Of a stretch of 45,279 bases of DNA, positions 26,129-37,078 are shown piece after piece. Under the pieces are notes generated by a model, which saw nothing but the letters and a program-made list of their open reading frames with translations, was not told where the DNA came from and did not search any database. Within the stretch, counting starts at the first letter, position 1, and each line of letters begins with the position of its first letter. Position numbers and translations under genes: made by a program. The DNA comes from a virus (taxonomy: Duplodnaviria > Caudoviricetes): IMG/VR virus record IMGVR_UViG_3300033067_002210, positions 1-45,279 of that record, one strand, 5' to 3'.

Positions 26129-29100
26129 GTGGCTACCGATCAAACAGCTTTTGCACTTGCTATTCAACTGGCTGTCGATACTCTGGGGTCTGATAAGGCT
26201 CTGGATGCGTTGGATGCTAAGGTGACTAGGATCGAGGAGTCTCTACAAGCCGCCTTCAGTAAACCTTTCACTATCTTCAGAAATGTCATAGGCGATATCC
26301 AGAAAAATCTTGGCAAGGTTTCCACGTCATTTGTAGACATGGACGCTACTAATACTAACATAAACAAAGTGGCATTAAAGTATGTTCAGAACCTGAATGA
26401 TATTCAAGATAATACTGATACGCAGTTAACTAATTTCATAAAGCAGAATGAACAAATAGATGATATGTATAAAAAGCACAAGAATTTGCTGAAAATCCAC
26501 GGAGAGGAACTAGATTCAGTAACCGATTTCAATAAGGTCCTGAAGGGGGTTATAGAAGGCGTGCGGCAGAAGAACCTTCGCCACGCCGAACAGAATCGAT
26601 TGCTCGCTATCGATAATGACTCATTGAACGAGCAGGGCCATAATATTGATAGAAATAATAATAGATTAGATCGAACGCTACTACGGTGGGGGGCGATTAC
26701 GGCAGCTATCGCCGGTGCTTGGCATATGATCAAGAATGCCGACTTAGCCAGTGAGCACTTTATTACCACAAATTACAGGGCATATGGTTCACAATCCGAT
26801 CTAGTTCAGCAGACACGCCAATTGTCTATGGCATGGGGCGTGACTAATGAAAATGCCATAGAAGCTATCAAGACTCTTACTGATTTGCGGACTCCGCAGG
26901 ATGAATTATTTAAACTATCTGAAATAGTTGCCAAGACCAACAGATTCACAGGAGCGTCTATCCCATCATTGGCTAACTTCACGCTTCAGATGCGACAGAT
27001 GGGTAAAGGAGCTGCTGATACTGAACAACATCTAAAGTGGATGAGTCAGGCTATGCGGCGTATGGGTTTGGATACCAATGATGTCGAAAAAATCCTGGCG
27101 GGGGCCAGCATAAGTGCTACTGAATTGAGAATAGCGTTTGGAGGTTCTGACAGAGCTGTTGAAGGGTTCAATGAAATCAAAGCCGCTCTCATGGGCGTCA
27201 ATAAGTCAATGGGGATGTCTACTGACATTGCAAATAATTTTATGAATACTTTGGCTGCTGATGATATAGCCAGAGCTAAATGGGGAAGTCTAGCTGGTAT
27301 GCAGATCAATACAACAGATGACTTGTCAATGTCAATGATTAGAGCTGGAAAGGCTATACGTGATCAAGGTGCGGATATTGAAGGATTGAATAAAAAAGCC
27401 GCTGCTGGAAATGGATTTGCCAGAAAACAACTACAAGTCTTAGCCAATGTCTATACTAATGGTGATACTAGTGCTTTATTGATGGCAACTAGTGTCTCTA
27501 AAATGGCTGAAAAATTGAAACTTCAAGGCAACAATGCGGAAGATCTTCAAAAGATCTTCACCGCTTTGAAAAACGAAGCTATGGACCCGTTTTCAGAGGC
27601 TAATAATACATTAGTTGGTCAATTACGAATTTTGAATGAACGATTCGGTGCGATTATCGGAACAATTATCCAATTGGCATCGGATGCTCTTGTTCCATTC
27701 CTCAAGGCAATTAATTATGTGATAGGAGCAATAGTCGGGGTCGTGCAGGCTATCGGCACATGGATCGCCCAAATGGGGAAGTTGATCCCAGGTTTTGACT
27801 ATTTCATTTCAGCTGTCAAATTCAGTGCTGGGTTAGTAATAGCACTTGGTGTAGGTATATTATTCTTAACCACGACCATAATTGGGTTGTTGATAGGTTT
27901 CGCAAGCCTTGGTCGGTTTGCGATAACGGCTATGAATGTCATGTCGCAGATGTCGACATTCATAGTAAACATGGCTACGGCCATTGGTAGAAGCATAGTC
28001 ATTATTCTGTCTAGTATAGGCCAAGGTTTCGCATCGCTTGGCAGACAAATAGCCCCTGTCATTCTACCGATAATGGGGCTTGGTCTGGCGATGGTGCTGG
28101 TGGCCGGAGCGGCGTGGATCTTTGCTCAAGCGGTCATGGTTATCGCTTCGCAAGGTGCTGCTGCTATCCCTGCAGTGGTTGGTCTGACAATCGCCATCGG
28201 TGTGCTCGGGTTGGTGCTGGTGGGGTTGGGCATGTTGGCTCAGGGGCCAGTCGCCATAGGAATTTTGGCAGTTGGTGCTGGATTTATGATGGTAGGGGCT
28301 GCGGCTCTTATGATGGGAGCTGGATTATACTTGGGTGCTAGCTCGCTGAAGGCGATGGCGGAAGCCGCTGGACCGCTGTGGACGGCACTGCCATCGCTGG
28401 CTATGAGTATAATTGTGCTTGGCACTGCTGCTTACATCGGTGCTCCTGGTCTGTTCCTACTCGGGGGAGCCTTTTTGATAGTCGGTGCGGCGGCCCTGAT
28501 GTTCGCTGGTGCAGTAAGCATCATCATGTCATCGATATCCGTTCTCGATCCGAAGTTCTTTGAAGGTATCGGGACAGCCTTTGTAAACGCAGCTAATCAA
28601 GTGGCTGCGTCTGCGTGGACGCTGGCTATTGCCGGTGTCGCGATGCTGGCGGCTTCTGTGCCGTTATTGGCGGGGGCTGTTTCGCTGGGTATAGCTGTAA
28701 CCGCTCTGCTTGTTTCTTCGGCCATCTTGTGGGTGGCTGGTGCGGCGTTTGGCACTGGTTCCGCAATGATCAGTACCGGCATTAAGACGTTGTCAGACAG
28801 TTCTAAGACGATGTCGGAAACCGCCAGTAATCTGTTAAATGGAGCTATCGGGCTTGCCAACAGCATGCCTTTGTTGGCCGCCTTGGGTGGGACTATGATA
28901 CCGGTTGGGCTGGCCGTGCTTGTGGGCAGTTTCGCTTTGAGTAGCGGTTTGGTGATGCTGGCGTCGGCTGCAGTCGCTATTTTGGCGTCTGGTACCAGTA
29001 TCCAAACTGGAGGAGCCGCAATTTTAGCTGGTTTCCAGAGCATGAAAGAAGCCAGTGTCATGATGTCGCAGGCCAGCCATGATATGACCAGAGCGGCGCT

Positions 29101-30127
29101 GAGTGTGGCTCCGGCTATGGTTGTCCTGGTAGCTGTCGGTGTCGTGATGCTGTCAGCTGGATCGACAATAATGGTAGGAGCTTTGGGTCTGCTTGGTTGC
29201 GGTACTGTTTTTATGGCTGCCAGTTATTTGATTTCGGCTGGCTCTCAGCTTATGACTCCTGCTGTATCTGGATTAGCCGAAAGTTTTCAAAAGCTTTCAA
29301 CCAACGCTGGGAATATGGTGGCTGGAGCTGCTGGGTTACTGGTCGCGTCGATCGATTTGCTTGCCGCTGGATATGCTATGATTCCGGCTTCGATGGCCAT
29401 GTACTCTGGTTTATCGTGGATGGATTATGCCATAACGAAGTTTTCAAAGTCAGTTGATAATGTGAAGTCGGTAAGTGCCTCGATGGGCCTTATTGCTGCT
29501 TCATTCTTGCTTCTGAACACTATTCCAGCCAATGCCCTTGGCGATGTGGCCGATTCGACATTAGTCGGCCTTGGCAAGATGAACCAGATGTCATCTCAGC
29601 TGGCTATAGTTGGTGAAAAATTCGCTGCTAGTGCGAAACTGTTCAAGGACCCGGCCGATGAAATGTCTCTGGTCTTGAATAACCTGAGTGCTGCATTCAA
29701 TGCATTCTCGACCGAATTGAAATTCGCCGATAATATTAAGAATATCGCATCAATGATCGATCAGTATGCTTCTCTGCTGGAGAAAGCTGCCGCCCGCATT
29801 GAAGTAGCAATTATGACGAAAGCTGTTCCAGCCATGCTCGCCGCAGAGCGGGCTGGTATAAAAGAAGCTGCTGTGCGCTCTGAAGCCATTACTACCGTTC
29901 AAGTGATGGATAAACGGGAAGGTGATGACAATCGTACTAATGATGGTCTGGCTATGGCCGCCAGAACTGTCGAGTTGTTAGAATCGCTGTGTGATAAAAT
30001 TGACAATATGCAAGGCGGATCTAAATCCGAACTGAATGAAATTGTAAGTCTGTTGCAGACATACTTGCCAGCTATGTCTGATCGTGGCGATTCAGGGTTG
30101 TCCTCTCAAATGAATGGATGGTCATAA
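26129..30127 (+). CDS. tape measure protein
   Basis: about 1330 aa, helical, Ala/Gly-rich with long hydrophobic repeats; precedes baseplate genes; GTG start after GGGAG. Confidence 0.88.
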   Translation: MATDQTAFALAIQLAVDTLGSDKALDALDAKVTRIEESLQAAFSKPFTIFRNVIGDIQKNLGKVSTSFVDMDATNTNINKVALKYVQNLNDIQDNTDTQLTNFIKQNEQIDDMYKKHKNLLKIHGEELDSVTDFNKVLKGVIEGVRQKNLRHAEQNRLLAIDNDSLNEQGHNIDRNNNRLDRTLLRWGAITAAIAGAWHMIKNADLASEHFITTNYRAYGSQSDLVQQTRQLSMAWGVTNENAIEAIKTLTDLRTPQDELFKLSEIVAKTNRFTGASIPSLANFTLQMRQMGKGAADTEQHLKWMSQAMRRMGLDTNDVEKILAGASISATELRIAFGGSDRAVEGFNEIKAALMGVNKSMGMSTDIANNFMNTLAADDIARAKWGSLAGMQINTTDDLSMSMIRAGKAIRDQGADIEGLNKKAAAGNGFARKQLQVLANVYTNGDTSALLMATSVSKMAEKLKLQGNNAEDLQKIFTALKNEAMDPFSEANNTLVGQLRILNERFGAIIGTIIQLASDALVPFLKAINYVIGAIVGVVQAIGTWIAQMGKLIPGFDYFISAVKFSAGLVIALGVGILFLTTTIIGLLIGFASLGRFAITAMNVMSQMSTFIVNMATAIGRSIVIILSSIGQGFASLGRQIAPVILPIMGLGLAMVLVAGAAWIFAQAVMVIASQGAAAIPAVVGLTIAIGVLGLVLVGLGMLAQGPVAIGILAVGAGFMMVGAAALMMGAGLYLGASSLKAMAEAAGPLWTALPSLAMSIIVLGTAAYIGAPGLFLLGGAFLIVGAAALMFAGAVSIIMSSISVLDPKFFEGIGTAFVNAANQVAASAWTLAIAGVAMLAASVPLLAGAVSLGIAVTALLVSSAILWVAGAAFGTGSAMISTGIKTLSDSSKTMSETASNLLNGAIGLANSMPLLAALGGTMIPVGLAVLVGSFALSSGLVMLASAAVAILASGTSIQTGGAAILAGFQSMKEASVMMSQASHDMTRAALSVAPAMVVLVAVGVVMLSAGSTIMVGALGLLGCGTVFMAASYLISAGSQLMTPAVSGLAESFQKLSTNAGNMVAGAAGLLVASIDLLAAGYAMIPASMAMYSGLSWMDYAITKFSKSVDNVKSVSASMGLIAASFLLLNTIPANALGDVADSTLVGLGKMNQMSSQLAIVGEKFAASAKLFKDPADEMSLVLNNLSAAFNAFSTELKFADNIKNIASMIDQYASLLEKAAARIEVAIMTKAVPAMLAAERAGIKEAAVRSEAITTVQVMDKREGDDNRTNDGLAMAARTVELLESLCDKIDNMQGGSKSELNEIVSLLQTYLPAMSDRGDSGLSSQMNGWS

Positions 30128-30777
30128 TGCCTCCGGCCAATTTACCATATACTTCGATGGATACGAAATTATGCGAAGCTGTTGAGTTGAGCTTCCAAGA
30201 ACCGTTATTCGGCAGTAATAAAGTCGAATTTCAATTTCCACCGAAAATGACGTCCGATAGCAGAAAGGGTTCGTGGAGCGAAGGCGACCTACGCGGGGTA
30301 GAACCAGTAGCCGAATATGAAACGTCTGGTCCGCGTGAGATGTCGTTGTCATGGACATATATCGTAGATGGCGGCAAGTGGACTACAACAAGAATCGCCC
30401 AGAATATCAGAAGAGTTCGTGGATATTTCGCACAGGTTAGAGCGTCTGGTGATTCTAGAAATCTTATATGTCGATTCAAAATGTGGTCAGTAGGGGGGTT
30501 ACCATTGCAGGAAAATGGTTCGCCAGGTTTAAAAATCATGACTTGCTTCTTGAAGTCAGTAGATGTCAAGCATGGCGAGACAATCATAGTACCAGATTCA
30601 ACATTTACCCCCGCTTTTCTGAATACTAGTGTAAAGACACAAGATGTTTCACAGGCTTTCTATCTAAGGACAGATGTTACGATAGATCTTAGACAATGGT
30701 CGATGGGTTCAAAAGATCAAGATCCAATAGTTAAAAAGAAAGACCTGGTACCTGTAGCTCCACCAGAATGGTATTAA
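30127..30777 (+). CDS. tube initiator / baseplate protein (gp48/gp54-like)
   Basis: FQFPPKMT, EPVAEYETSGPREMSLSW, FLKSVDV. Confidence 0.7.
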   Translation: MPPANLPYTSMDTKLCEAVELSFQEPLFGSNKVEFQFPPKMTSDSRKGSWSEGDLRGVEPVAEYETSGPREMSLSWTYIVDGGKWTTTRIAQNIRRVRGYFAQVRASGDSRNLICRFKMWSVGGLPLQENGSPGLKIMTCFLKSVDVKHGETIIVPDSTFTPAFLNTSVKTQDVSQAFYLRTDVTIDLRQWSMGSKDQDPIVKKKDLVPVAPPEWY

Positions 30778-30778
30778 C

Positions 30779-31093
30779 ATGGCCGACCTCGACCACTTCT
30801 CAAGATTCTCCAAAACTCCCCTCATGCTGCTGGATGGGAAGGAAGTGTATGGCCGGTGGGTACCCCCATCATATCTTCTGGAACGCCCTACCGATGATAA
30901 AATCAACTATTACAAGGTTACATCAGTAACCGAAGGTAAACCGCACCTAATAGCATATGAAGTATATGGCACAGAACTCTTGGATTGGGTAATTATAGCG
31001 TTTAATGACGTACGTGACCCATTGAACTGGCCGGAAGCCGGTACAATTATCATGTACCCCTCAGAAACCATTGTTCTACCAGAACTGTTCTGA
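30779..31093 (+). CDS. baseplate wedge protein (gp53/LysM-like)
   Basis: KPHLIAYEVYGTELLDWVIIAFN..DPL...GTIIMYP. Confidence 0.85.
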   Translation: MADLDHFSRFSKTPLMLLDGKEVYGRWVPPSYLLERPTDDKINYYKVTSVTEGKPHLIAYEVYGTELLDWVIIAFNDVRDPLNWPEAGTIIMYPSETIVLPELF

Positions 31094-33264
31094 TGTCTGA
31101 CAATATTCATCTGGCCTTATCCAAGTTTTTCACAGAACGCAGCAAGCCGCTCAATGAACGGTTTCCGGGCAGTTATAGGTCGTTAGTAGTAGAAACCAAT
31201 GATCCATTATGCATGGGTCGTATACGATTCAAATGCCCAGAACTGCACGACCACTCCAATCTCGTAGAAGATTGCCCATGGGCCGTTCCGGCTACAGATT
31301 TGGGAGGACCTAATACCGGACGCTTTACACATCCATGCATTGGCGACTTCGTATGGATCACGTTTGAAAAACAACACCCATATGGACCCATTTGGACTGG
31401 ATTTGCAACTCCCACCAGGCGTCGATTCTATACTCACGAGCAGATATCTCAAAAAACTCCCATTAGCTTAAACGATACTGGCAAGACTGATACCAAAGTA
31501 GTTGATTACGATACCGACTATCTGCCCAAAGATGGGCGGCCAATGGCACACGGTTGGCGGGATCGTTACGGAAACTGTGACATACACTCTTCTGTAGGAT
31601 TCTTCCCTAAGGAACATAACGCCAAGCCGCCACCGGCTGACCACGACGCCGTACAAGGTTCAGCTTTTAATCAGCAGCAAACCAAGCCAGAGGTAAACTC
31701 GCCAGATAAGAAGTATATGGCTAGAGTTACCAAGTATGGCCAAATATCCATCCAATCTGACCAAGGGTACCAGTGGAAAAAAGACGGCGAATTCGGAGAG
31801 TTTGATGGAGATTATGCCAAAGATGAGCAGTTTGAAATAAAACGTTGGCTGTATCTCCAAAAGCTCCTCAACGAAGGCTCCCCTACCGGAGACAAACGGC
31901 GATACGAAGAAAAGACCCGCTACGGCCATCGGTTTGAGATGCGTGACACGGGCTGGGCACAGTCCGGCCCGATAGCCTCCAAGTCGCGAGCTGGCGAGTA
32001 CGGCGAAGCGAGAACCCTTTCCAAGGAAGCTGTAAACGACTTTCGGTGGGTTAAATTGCGAACCAAGGGCGGCATGCTCATGCAGGCATGCGACAAGGGA
32101 TTCGACCCGCAAAACGATGCCTATATCAAACGAAACCTCTTGGAAGAGTGCGGCGAAAAGAGCGAAATGGAGGATAAGTATTGGGGCGGTGACCGTGACG
32201 CTCGTTGGTATAGAGTATTCACCAGATATGGCATAAAACTAGTATTAGACGATCGTGGTAGCGACCAAATTGAAGCCCACAAGCGTGAAAGCCCGCGAGG
32301 CAACGGCTTCTTGATAAAGGGCCGCCGATCACCGGGGTCCGGTTTAAAGGATAGCACTGGCAACCCGCGTGGTTATCAGTTTGAATTCAATGAAAATGAT
32401 GCTGCCAACCACACATCGTGGATGTCCCCATTGGGGCAGGTGATCGAAATAAACGATCGTTATCAGTATCTGATGATGACAGGCTCGCTTGGCAAGGGCT
32501 GGGTCCCTAAGTGGCGAGGTTTGGCCGAAAACGAATTCGTTCGCAAGCCGACCATGATCCGTGACCCAGAGATCTCCACACATCATCTCAAAATCGACCA
32601 TCAGAACGAATATATCCGCTTTAAAACTCGAGGCGGTGGCGGGGCGGCTCCAGACGAAATAGTCAACCCTACTGGGATTGGTGCTGCCGAATTGAATCAG
32701 GGCGTGGAAGCTCGGGACGGGCAAAACGGGGCTGGCCCCTGGGTGGAAATTGTCGATTCACAGCATCGTGGGATGTGGTTCTCTAAAAAGGAACAGCTGG
32801 GGGTATGGCGTGGTAAAAAGGGTTCCAATATATTGCAATTATTGGACGACAAGACTAAGACGATAGTCATTTATAATGGTGGTGCTAATGGCACCATTCA
32901 CATCTATTCCGCCAATGACTTGAAGATAACCAGCGGTGGAAGTTTGCAATTGCAGGCTGCCGAAAATATTACCATGCGAGCTAAATCTATTCGTATGCAC
33001 TCTGAGGGCGGTGCTAAACTAACTGTTGCGAATGACGTTTCTACGAACGCCACGATTAAGGCCGATGTGGTTACAGCATTCTTGACAGGAGCCATGCCGG
33101 GTCCCGGAGCTGGAACGAATTCGCCTGGCGGTCAGGCGGTTAGCAAGCACAATCCCCCAACAATCCCAAGTATAATTGAACCCAATGATCGTGGTGAAAC
33201 GTATAATGGGCCATTTGAAGAATGCCCAATAGAAGAAGTGGAACATTCGATTAGGAAGAACTAA
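31093..33264 (+). CDS. central spike protein (gp5/VgrG-like)
   Basis: YRSLVVETNDPLCMGRIRFKCP, PWAVP, PCIGDFVWITFE..PIWTG OB-fold; repeated TxxG-x-x-h-x-x-D motifs. Confidence 0.88.
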   Translation: MSDNIHLALSKFFTERSKPLNERFPGSYRSLVVETNDPLCMGRIRFKCPELHDHSNLVEDCPWAVPATDLGGPNTGRFTHPCIGDFVWITFEKQHPYGPIWTGFATPTRRRFYTHEQISQKTPISLNDTGKTDTKVVDYDTDYLPKDGRPMAHGWRDRYGNCDIHSSVGFFPKEHNAKPPPADHDAVQGSAFNQQQTKPEVNSPDKKYMARVTKYGQISIQSDQGYQWKKDGEFGEFDGDYAKDEQFEIKRWLYLQKLLNEGSPTGDKRRYEEKTRYGHRFEMRDTGWAQSGPIASKSRAGEYGEARTLSKEAVNDFRWVKLRTKGGMLMQACDKGFDPQNDAYIKRNLLEECGEKSEMEDKYWGGDRDARWYRVFTRYGIKLVLDDRGSDQIEAHKRESPRGNGFLIKGRRSPGSGLKDSTGNPRGYQFEFNENDAANHTSWMSPLGQVIEINDRYQYLMMTGSLGKGWVPKWRGLAENEFVRKPTMIRDPEISTHHLKIDHQNEYIRFKTRGGGGAAPDEIVNPTGIGAAELNQGVEARDGQNGAGPWVEIVDSQHRGMWFSKKEQLGVWRGKKGSNILQLLDDKTKTIVIYNGGANGTIHIYSANDLKITSGGSLQLQAAENITMRAKSIRMHSEGGAKLTVANDVSTNATIKADVVTAFLTGAMPGPGAGTNSPGGQAVSKHNPPTIPSIIEPNDRGETYNGPFEECPIEEVEHSIRKN

Positions 33265-33992
33265 TGATTATTCGATTTCCGACCGGATTCTACAAAAATT
33301 CGATAGCCGCTAAGGCTGGTGAATCTGGCAATGTCACATATGTGATCAGTAATAGCGAACCCAAGCGAACAGACCTGTTATACCCAAAGATTCCATCTGG
33401 CATCGTCTACAGAAAGCGTCCAGCTAGAACGGTCGATAAGTTTGATCGTCGCCAACACCTGGGAGAGCTTGTCTATTCTGTTTCTAGGTCCTCACAGTCA
33501 GTGATTGGCAATGCCTCTAGACAATATGAGATAGGACAGATTCTAGAATTTGAAACGTCTGCCGCCAAGCAAATAACACCGATGCTGGTATCGGAAAAGA
33601 CCGAAATCAGGCACGATACGAATCTGTTGGATTATACTGCTCTTGGTCTGTCTGCGGATGACACTGATAAGATCAATCAGTCGTCTATAACTGCCAATGA
33701 ATCACTGACCAATCAGTTGAACGATCTGCGGCAGCTGCGGGCCAATGCTGAGGAGGAAATTTCAACTAATCAGAAGTTGATCAATGACACAGATAGAGCC
33801 ATCAATGCTCTAACAGTCATCAAGGCTTCGACCGGTGATGCCTCATTGGGATTGCTTATTGCTAAATTGGTCGTCACCAAATCTACGGCTACTGCTGCTC
33901 GGGATGCGGCGATGGCCAGTGCTGATGCCTTGGCTGCTTCTGCCGCTACCATCACTGAAAAAATTCGAACGATTGCGACGGTTCTGCGATGA
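33264..33992 (+). CDS. hypothetical protein with coiled-coil C-terminus
   Basis: translationally coupled within the baseplate operon. Confidence 0.7.
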   Translation: MIIRFPTGFYKNSIAAKAGESGNVTYVISNSEPKRTDLLYPKIPSGIVYRKRPARTVDKFDRRQHLGELVYSVSRSSQSVIGNASRQYEIGQILEFETSAAKQITPMLVSEKTEIRHDTNLLDYTALGLSADDTDKINQSSITANESLTNQLNDLRQLRANAEEEISTNQKLINDTDRAINALTVIKASTGDASLGLLIAKLVVTKSTATAARDAAMASADALAASAATITEKIRTIATVLR

Positions 33993-34375
33993 GTGCTATT
34001 GTCTTTGGGTTTAATCCGCCGTGGATTGGCGTTGGCACTCAAAACGTGATGTCTCGTCAGGAAGATGAGCGTCTCATCAAGAATGATATTCTGCAGTTGC
34101 TGTATACGGTGCCTGGCGAGCGAGTGATGCGGGCCACGTTTGGCGTGCATCTGCTCGATTTCGTTTTTGAACAGGGATCTGATTCGGATATTGTTGCTCT
34201 AGAGTCGGAAATAAGCACGAAGATTGCATTATATGATCCCAGAGTGATTGTAGATAGTGTGACTATCGAGAAGGATCTGGATAATAATGCTTTAGATGTC
34301 CGAATAGTAGTCAGAATGCGGAAAGATCCGCTGCGAGACATCGTGATCGAACAATCTATAAAGCAGAGGGCATAA
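33989..34375 (+). CDS. baseplate wedge / sheath initiator (gp25-like)
   Basis: IKNDILQLLYTVPGERVMRATFG..LLDFVFE..YDPRV. Confidence 0.92.
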   Translation: MSAIVFGFNPPWIGVGTQNVMSRQEDERLIKNDILQLLYTVPGERVMRATFGVHLLDFVFEQGSDSDIVALESEISTKIALYDPRVIVDSVTIEKDLDNNALDVRIVVRMRKDPLRDIVIEQSIKQRA

Positions 34376-35982
34376 TGGCCGAACCACAAACACTGTTCGA
34401 TTTGCCGACTCTCCCAGAAGAGTTTGGGATTGTATTGCCACCAGTCAATTTACGTCGGCTGGACTTTAGCGGTTTAGACTATACGACAGCCCGCAAGGCA
34501 ATTATCGAATACATTATCACATATTTCCCGGATGATCATAACGACTTCATTGCCAGTAACGGTATCATGATGATTACCGAAATTGTGGCGGCGGTGGTCG
34601 GAAAGCTGTCGCTGCGTGGTGATATCTTGGGCGGTGAATCAACGTTACCAACCAGCAAGACCGAAGAGGCCGTAGTTAACCACCTGGCACTCATCAACCA
34701 GAGAATCAGACGGCAGACGCCAGCGGTGGTAGATGTTGAAGCAACGGTTGACCAGCCGCTGTTCACGGACTTGGAGATCGACGCTGGACTATCGTTCTCG
34801 ATCGTCGGGACTGATAAGAAACCGATCGTGTATGAGATTTACAGAGCACCAGGCGACTGGACTGGTAAGATTGTAATACCAGCTAGTAAACGTGGTGTCA
34901 TAGCGTACGGCATTGAAGGGCAATTTGCTGCTCCGGTTACTGTTACAAGTGGCGGTGGTGCCAACCAGCGGTTCACTATCGATGAACCGAACATCTTAGA
35001 ACAGCCCATATTTGTCGATATTACTGTTGGGAATACTACCGAATCATGGCGTGTGATTACTGAACCGCTGGAACGCTTCGGTCCTACTGATAAAGTGGTC
35101 GAGGTGAACTTTATCGACACGCGGGCGGTGTTCAGATTTGGTGATGATATTACTGGTCAGGCACCGTTATCGGGGTCGACGATTACGTTCCGATTCCGGG
35201 TTGGCGGGGGTAGTCGTGGTAGAATTGGTATCGGCCAGATCGATGTCAATCGCCAGATAGTGCCGCTGCCTCCGGCCAATGCGGTGGCTACGGTCAACTT
35301 CCGAAATGTCACGTCTTCTATTGGTGGGACAAATAGGGAGAGCATCGATCAGGCTAAGCAACGTGCCCCTCGTGACTTTGCTACACAGCGTAGTATTGTT
35401 ACCAACAACGATTATGCCCAGTTGGCTAGCACATTTTCTCATCCGGTGTTCGGCACTGTCAGCAAGGCTTTGGCTACTATTCGAACTAGCCGGAATGCGA
35501 ATTTGGTGGAGGTGTATGTTCTGGCAGAGGGTGTTGGTAATATTCCTGTCAAGCCCAATGCTGGGCTGAAGTTGGGGTTGGCCACATATTTCAGCGATCT
35601 GAATGTTGCCACTGACTATGTGGATATCCTGGATGGGGCTATTAAGCCTGTCGATCTGGATATGAACATTATCGTCAATCGCAACTCTGACGTGACTATT
35701 GTGAAGGAGAATGCTGAGGCAGCTTTGACGGCGTTTTTTGACACTGCCAAGTGGAATATGGGGCAACCGTTGTATCTGTCTAATTTGATTGATGTTATTA
35801 ATTCTATTGATGGAGTGTCTTATGTAGATATTTTTTCACCGAATGACAATATACTTCCAACCAATGCGATAAGTGTTGAGGGATCGGCTGGCATTGGGTT
35901 CAATGAAGTGATTGTAGAAGGTAGTAGAAAGACTGGTTACTACTATGAGCGAAATCCTCCACCAGCCGGGGCCAAGGGGTGA
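34375..35982 (+). CDS. baseplate wedge protein (gp6 / baseplate J-like)
   Basis: LDFSGLDY, FRFGDDITG..P, FRVGGG..G, GGTNRESIDQAKQRAP, RSIVTNNDY. Confidence 0.9.
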   Translation: MAEPQTLFDLPTLPEEFGIVLPPVNLRRLDFSGLDYTTARKAIIEYIITYFPDDHNDFIASNGIMMITEIVAAVVGKLSLRGDILGGESTLPTSKTEEAVVNHLALINQRIRRQTPAVVDVEATVDQPLFTDLEIDAGLSFSIVGTDKKPIVYEIYRAPGDWTGKIVIPASKRGVIAYGIEGQFAAPVTVTSGGGANQRFTIDEPNILEQPIFVDITVGNTTESWRVITEPLERFGPTDKVVEVNFIDTRAVFRFGDDITGQAPLSGSTITFRFRVGGGSRGRIGIGQIDVNRQIVPLPPANAVATVNFRNVTSSIGGTNRESIDQAKQRAPRDFATQRSIVTNNDYAQLASTFSHPVFGTVSKALATIRTSRNANLVEVYVLAEGVGNIPVKPNAGLKLGLATYFSDLNVATDYVDILDGAIKPVDLDMNIIVNRNSDVTIVKENAEAALTAFFDTAKWNMGQPLYLSNLIDVINSIDGVSYVDIFSPNDNILPTNAISVEGSAGIGFNEVIVEGSRKTGYYYERNPPPAGAKG

Positions 35983-36424
35983 TTGGACCGATAAGGTCTG
36001 GGGTCGCACTAAGAGTTTGGTGAATACGATCTTCTATTCCAAGCATATGCTTGAGACGGAGACCGGCGGATATTGTTCTCTGCACTATCATACAGCTCGT
36101 GCGAATAGATTTAGATTGATTTCAGGTAGTGTGCAGATTGTTGCTCTGTACGGGCCGGTTGTTAGTCGTGTTATGCTGTCGGACGAGGGTGAATGGGCCG
36201 ATGTGCCGTCATTTGTCCCACATATGTTTATTGTGTATGAAGGTGGGGAGATGCTTGAAGAATATTTTCCAGATCGCGGCGGGCATGTACGGGATAGTGA
36301 TATAGTGCGAATGTTTGAGGGTGGTAAGCTGCCAGTCGAGGACTTGCGATTTTTACCCGCCAAACTGTATAATAAAATCAACTGCAAAATCTGCTTTTCA
36401 CCATGTGCAGACTATAATGCTTGA
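35945..36424 (+). CDS. cupin-fold protein (mannose-6-phosphate isomerase-like)
   Basis: KVWG, CSLHYH, VPSFVPHMF, DIVR. Confidence 0.75.
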   Translation: MSEILHQPGPRGDWTDKVWGRTKSLVNTIFYSKHMLETETGGYCSLHYHTARANRFRLISGSVQIVALYGPVVSRVMLSDEGEWADVPSFVPHMFIVYEGGEMLEEYFPDRGGHVRDSDIVRMFEGGKLPVEDLRFLPAKLYNKINCKICFSPCADYNA

Positions 36425-36773
36425 AACCAGTGCGATCGTTAGGATCTGGTTGCTTATTTTCGATAACAAGCAGGTTTATTCGTTTACCGATCATAAGAAA
36501 TTGAAGGCTGCTGTTATTGGATACATTCATTCATATTATGAGAACTCTATAGATAAAGTTATTTTCCAGTCTAGGAAATTGCTGGATCAATTGGACGAGT
36601 ACAAGGAACTTACGTTCGTTCCTGTTCGATTTGATAAGTTAAATTTCTTTATTTGCAAATGGGATATAGATAATACACACGTTTTGCATCAGATATTGAC
36701 GCAGTGCGAAAGTGCTATCGATAATCCAGAGCTTAAGGCATCTATTCAAAAGCTGTTTACTCTAGATCACTAA
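36417..36773 (+). CDS. hypothetical protein
   Basis: ATG at 36417 overlapping the cupin end. Confidence 0.6.
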   Translation: MLETSAIVRIWLLIFDNKQVYSFTDHKKLKAAVIGYIHSYYENSIDKVIFQSRKLLDQLDEYKELTFVPVRFDKLNFFICKWDIDNTHVLHQILTQCESAIDNPELKASIQKLFTLDH

Positions 36774-37020
36774 TGAGTTCGTTTTTCATGTCTTTTACGA
36801 TTCTGGCAGCGATCGCGGTTGCGTCGTACATATGTCCGCGAATGTAGACAAGGGGGCGTGCTTCGTCGGGGTGGATCGCTATTGCGACAGCGACTGTTAT
36901 TCCTTCCCGTTGGCATGCTTCACTAAATCCATTCATGACTGCTTGAAATCGCTCATCAAATATGTTCTTGGCAATATTTTCTGGGGCAGCGATTTCGTCC
37001 CCTGTGGTACCTGGTTCCAT
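36757..37020 (-). CDS. hypothetical protein
   Basis: start MEPGTTG at 37020 avoids overlap with the divergent gene. Confidence 0.6.
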   Translation of the reverse strand: MEPGTTGDEIAAPENIAKNIFDERFQAVMNGFSEACQREGITVAVAIAIHPDEARPLVYIRGHMYDATAIAARIVKDMKNELISDLE

Positions 37021-37078
37021 ATCAGCTCGTAGGGTTTGCATTTTGTCATCCGCATCTGTGGTTTGTATTGACGAAGGC

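Noticed and set aside
6126-35982. Bacterial extracellular contractile injection system or T6SS
   Set aside because: Neck proteins, terminases, nrdJ, helicase and primase-like genes indicate a complete phage
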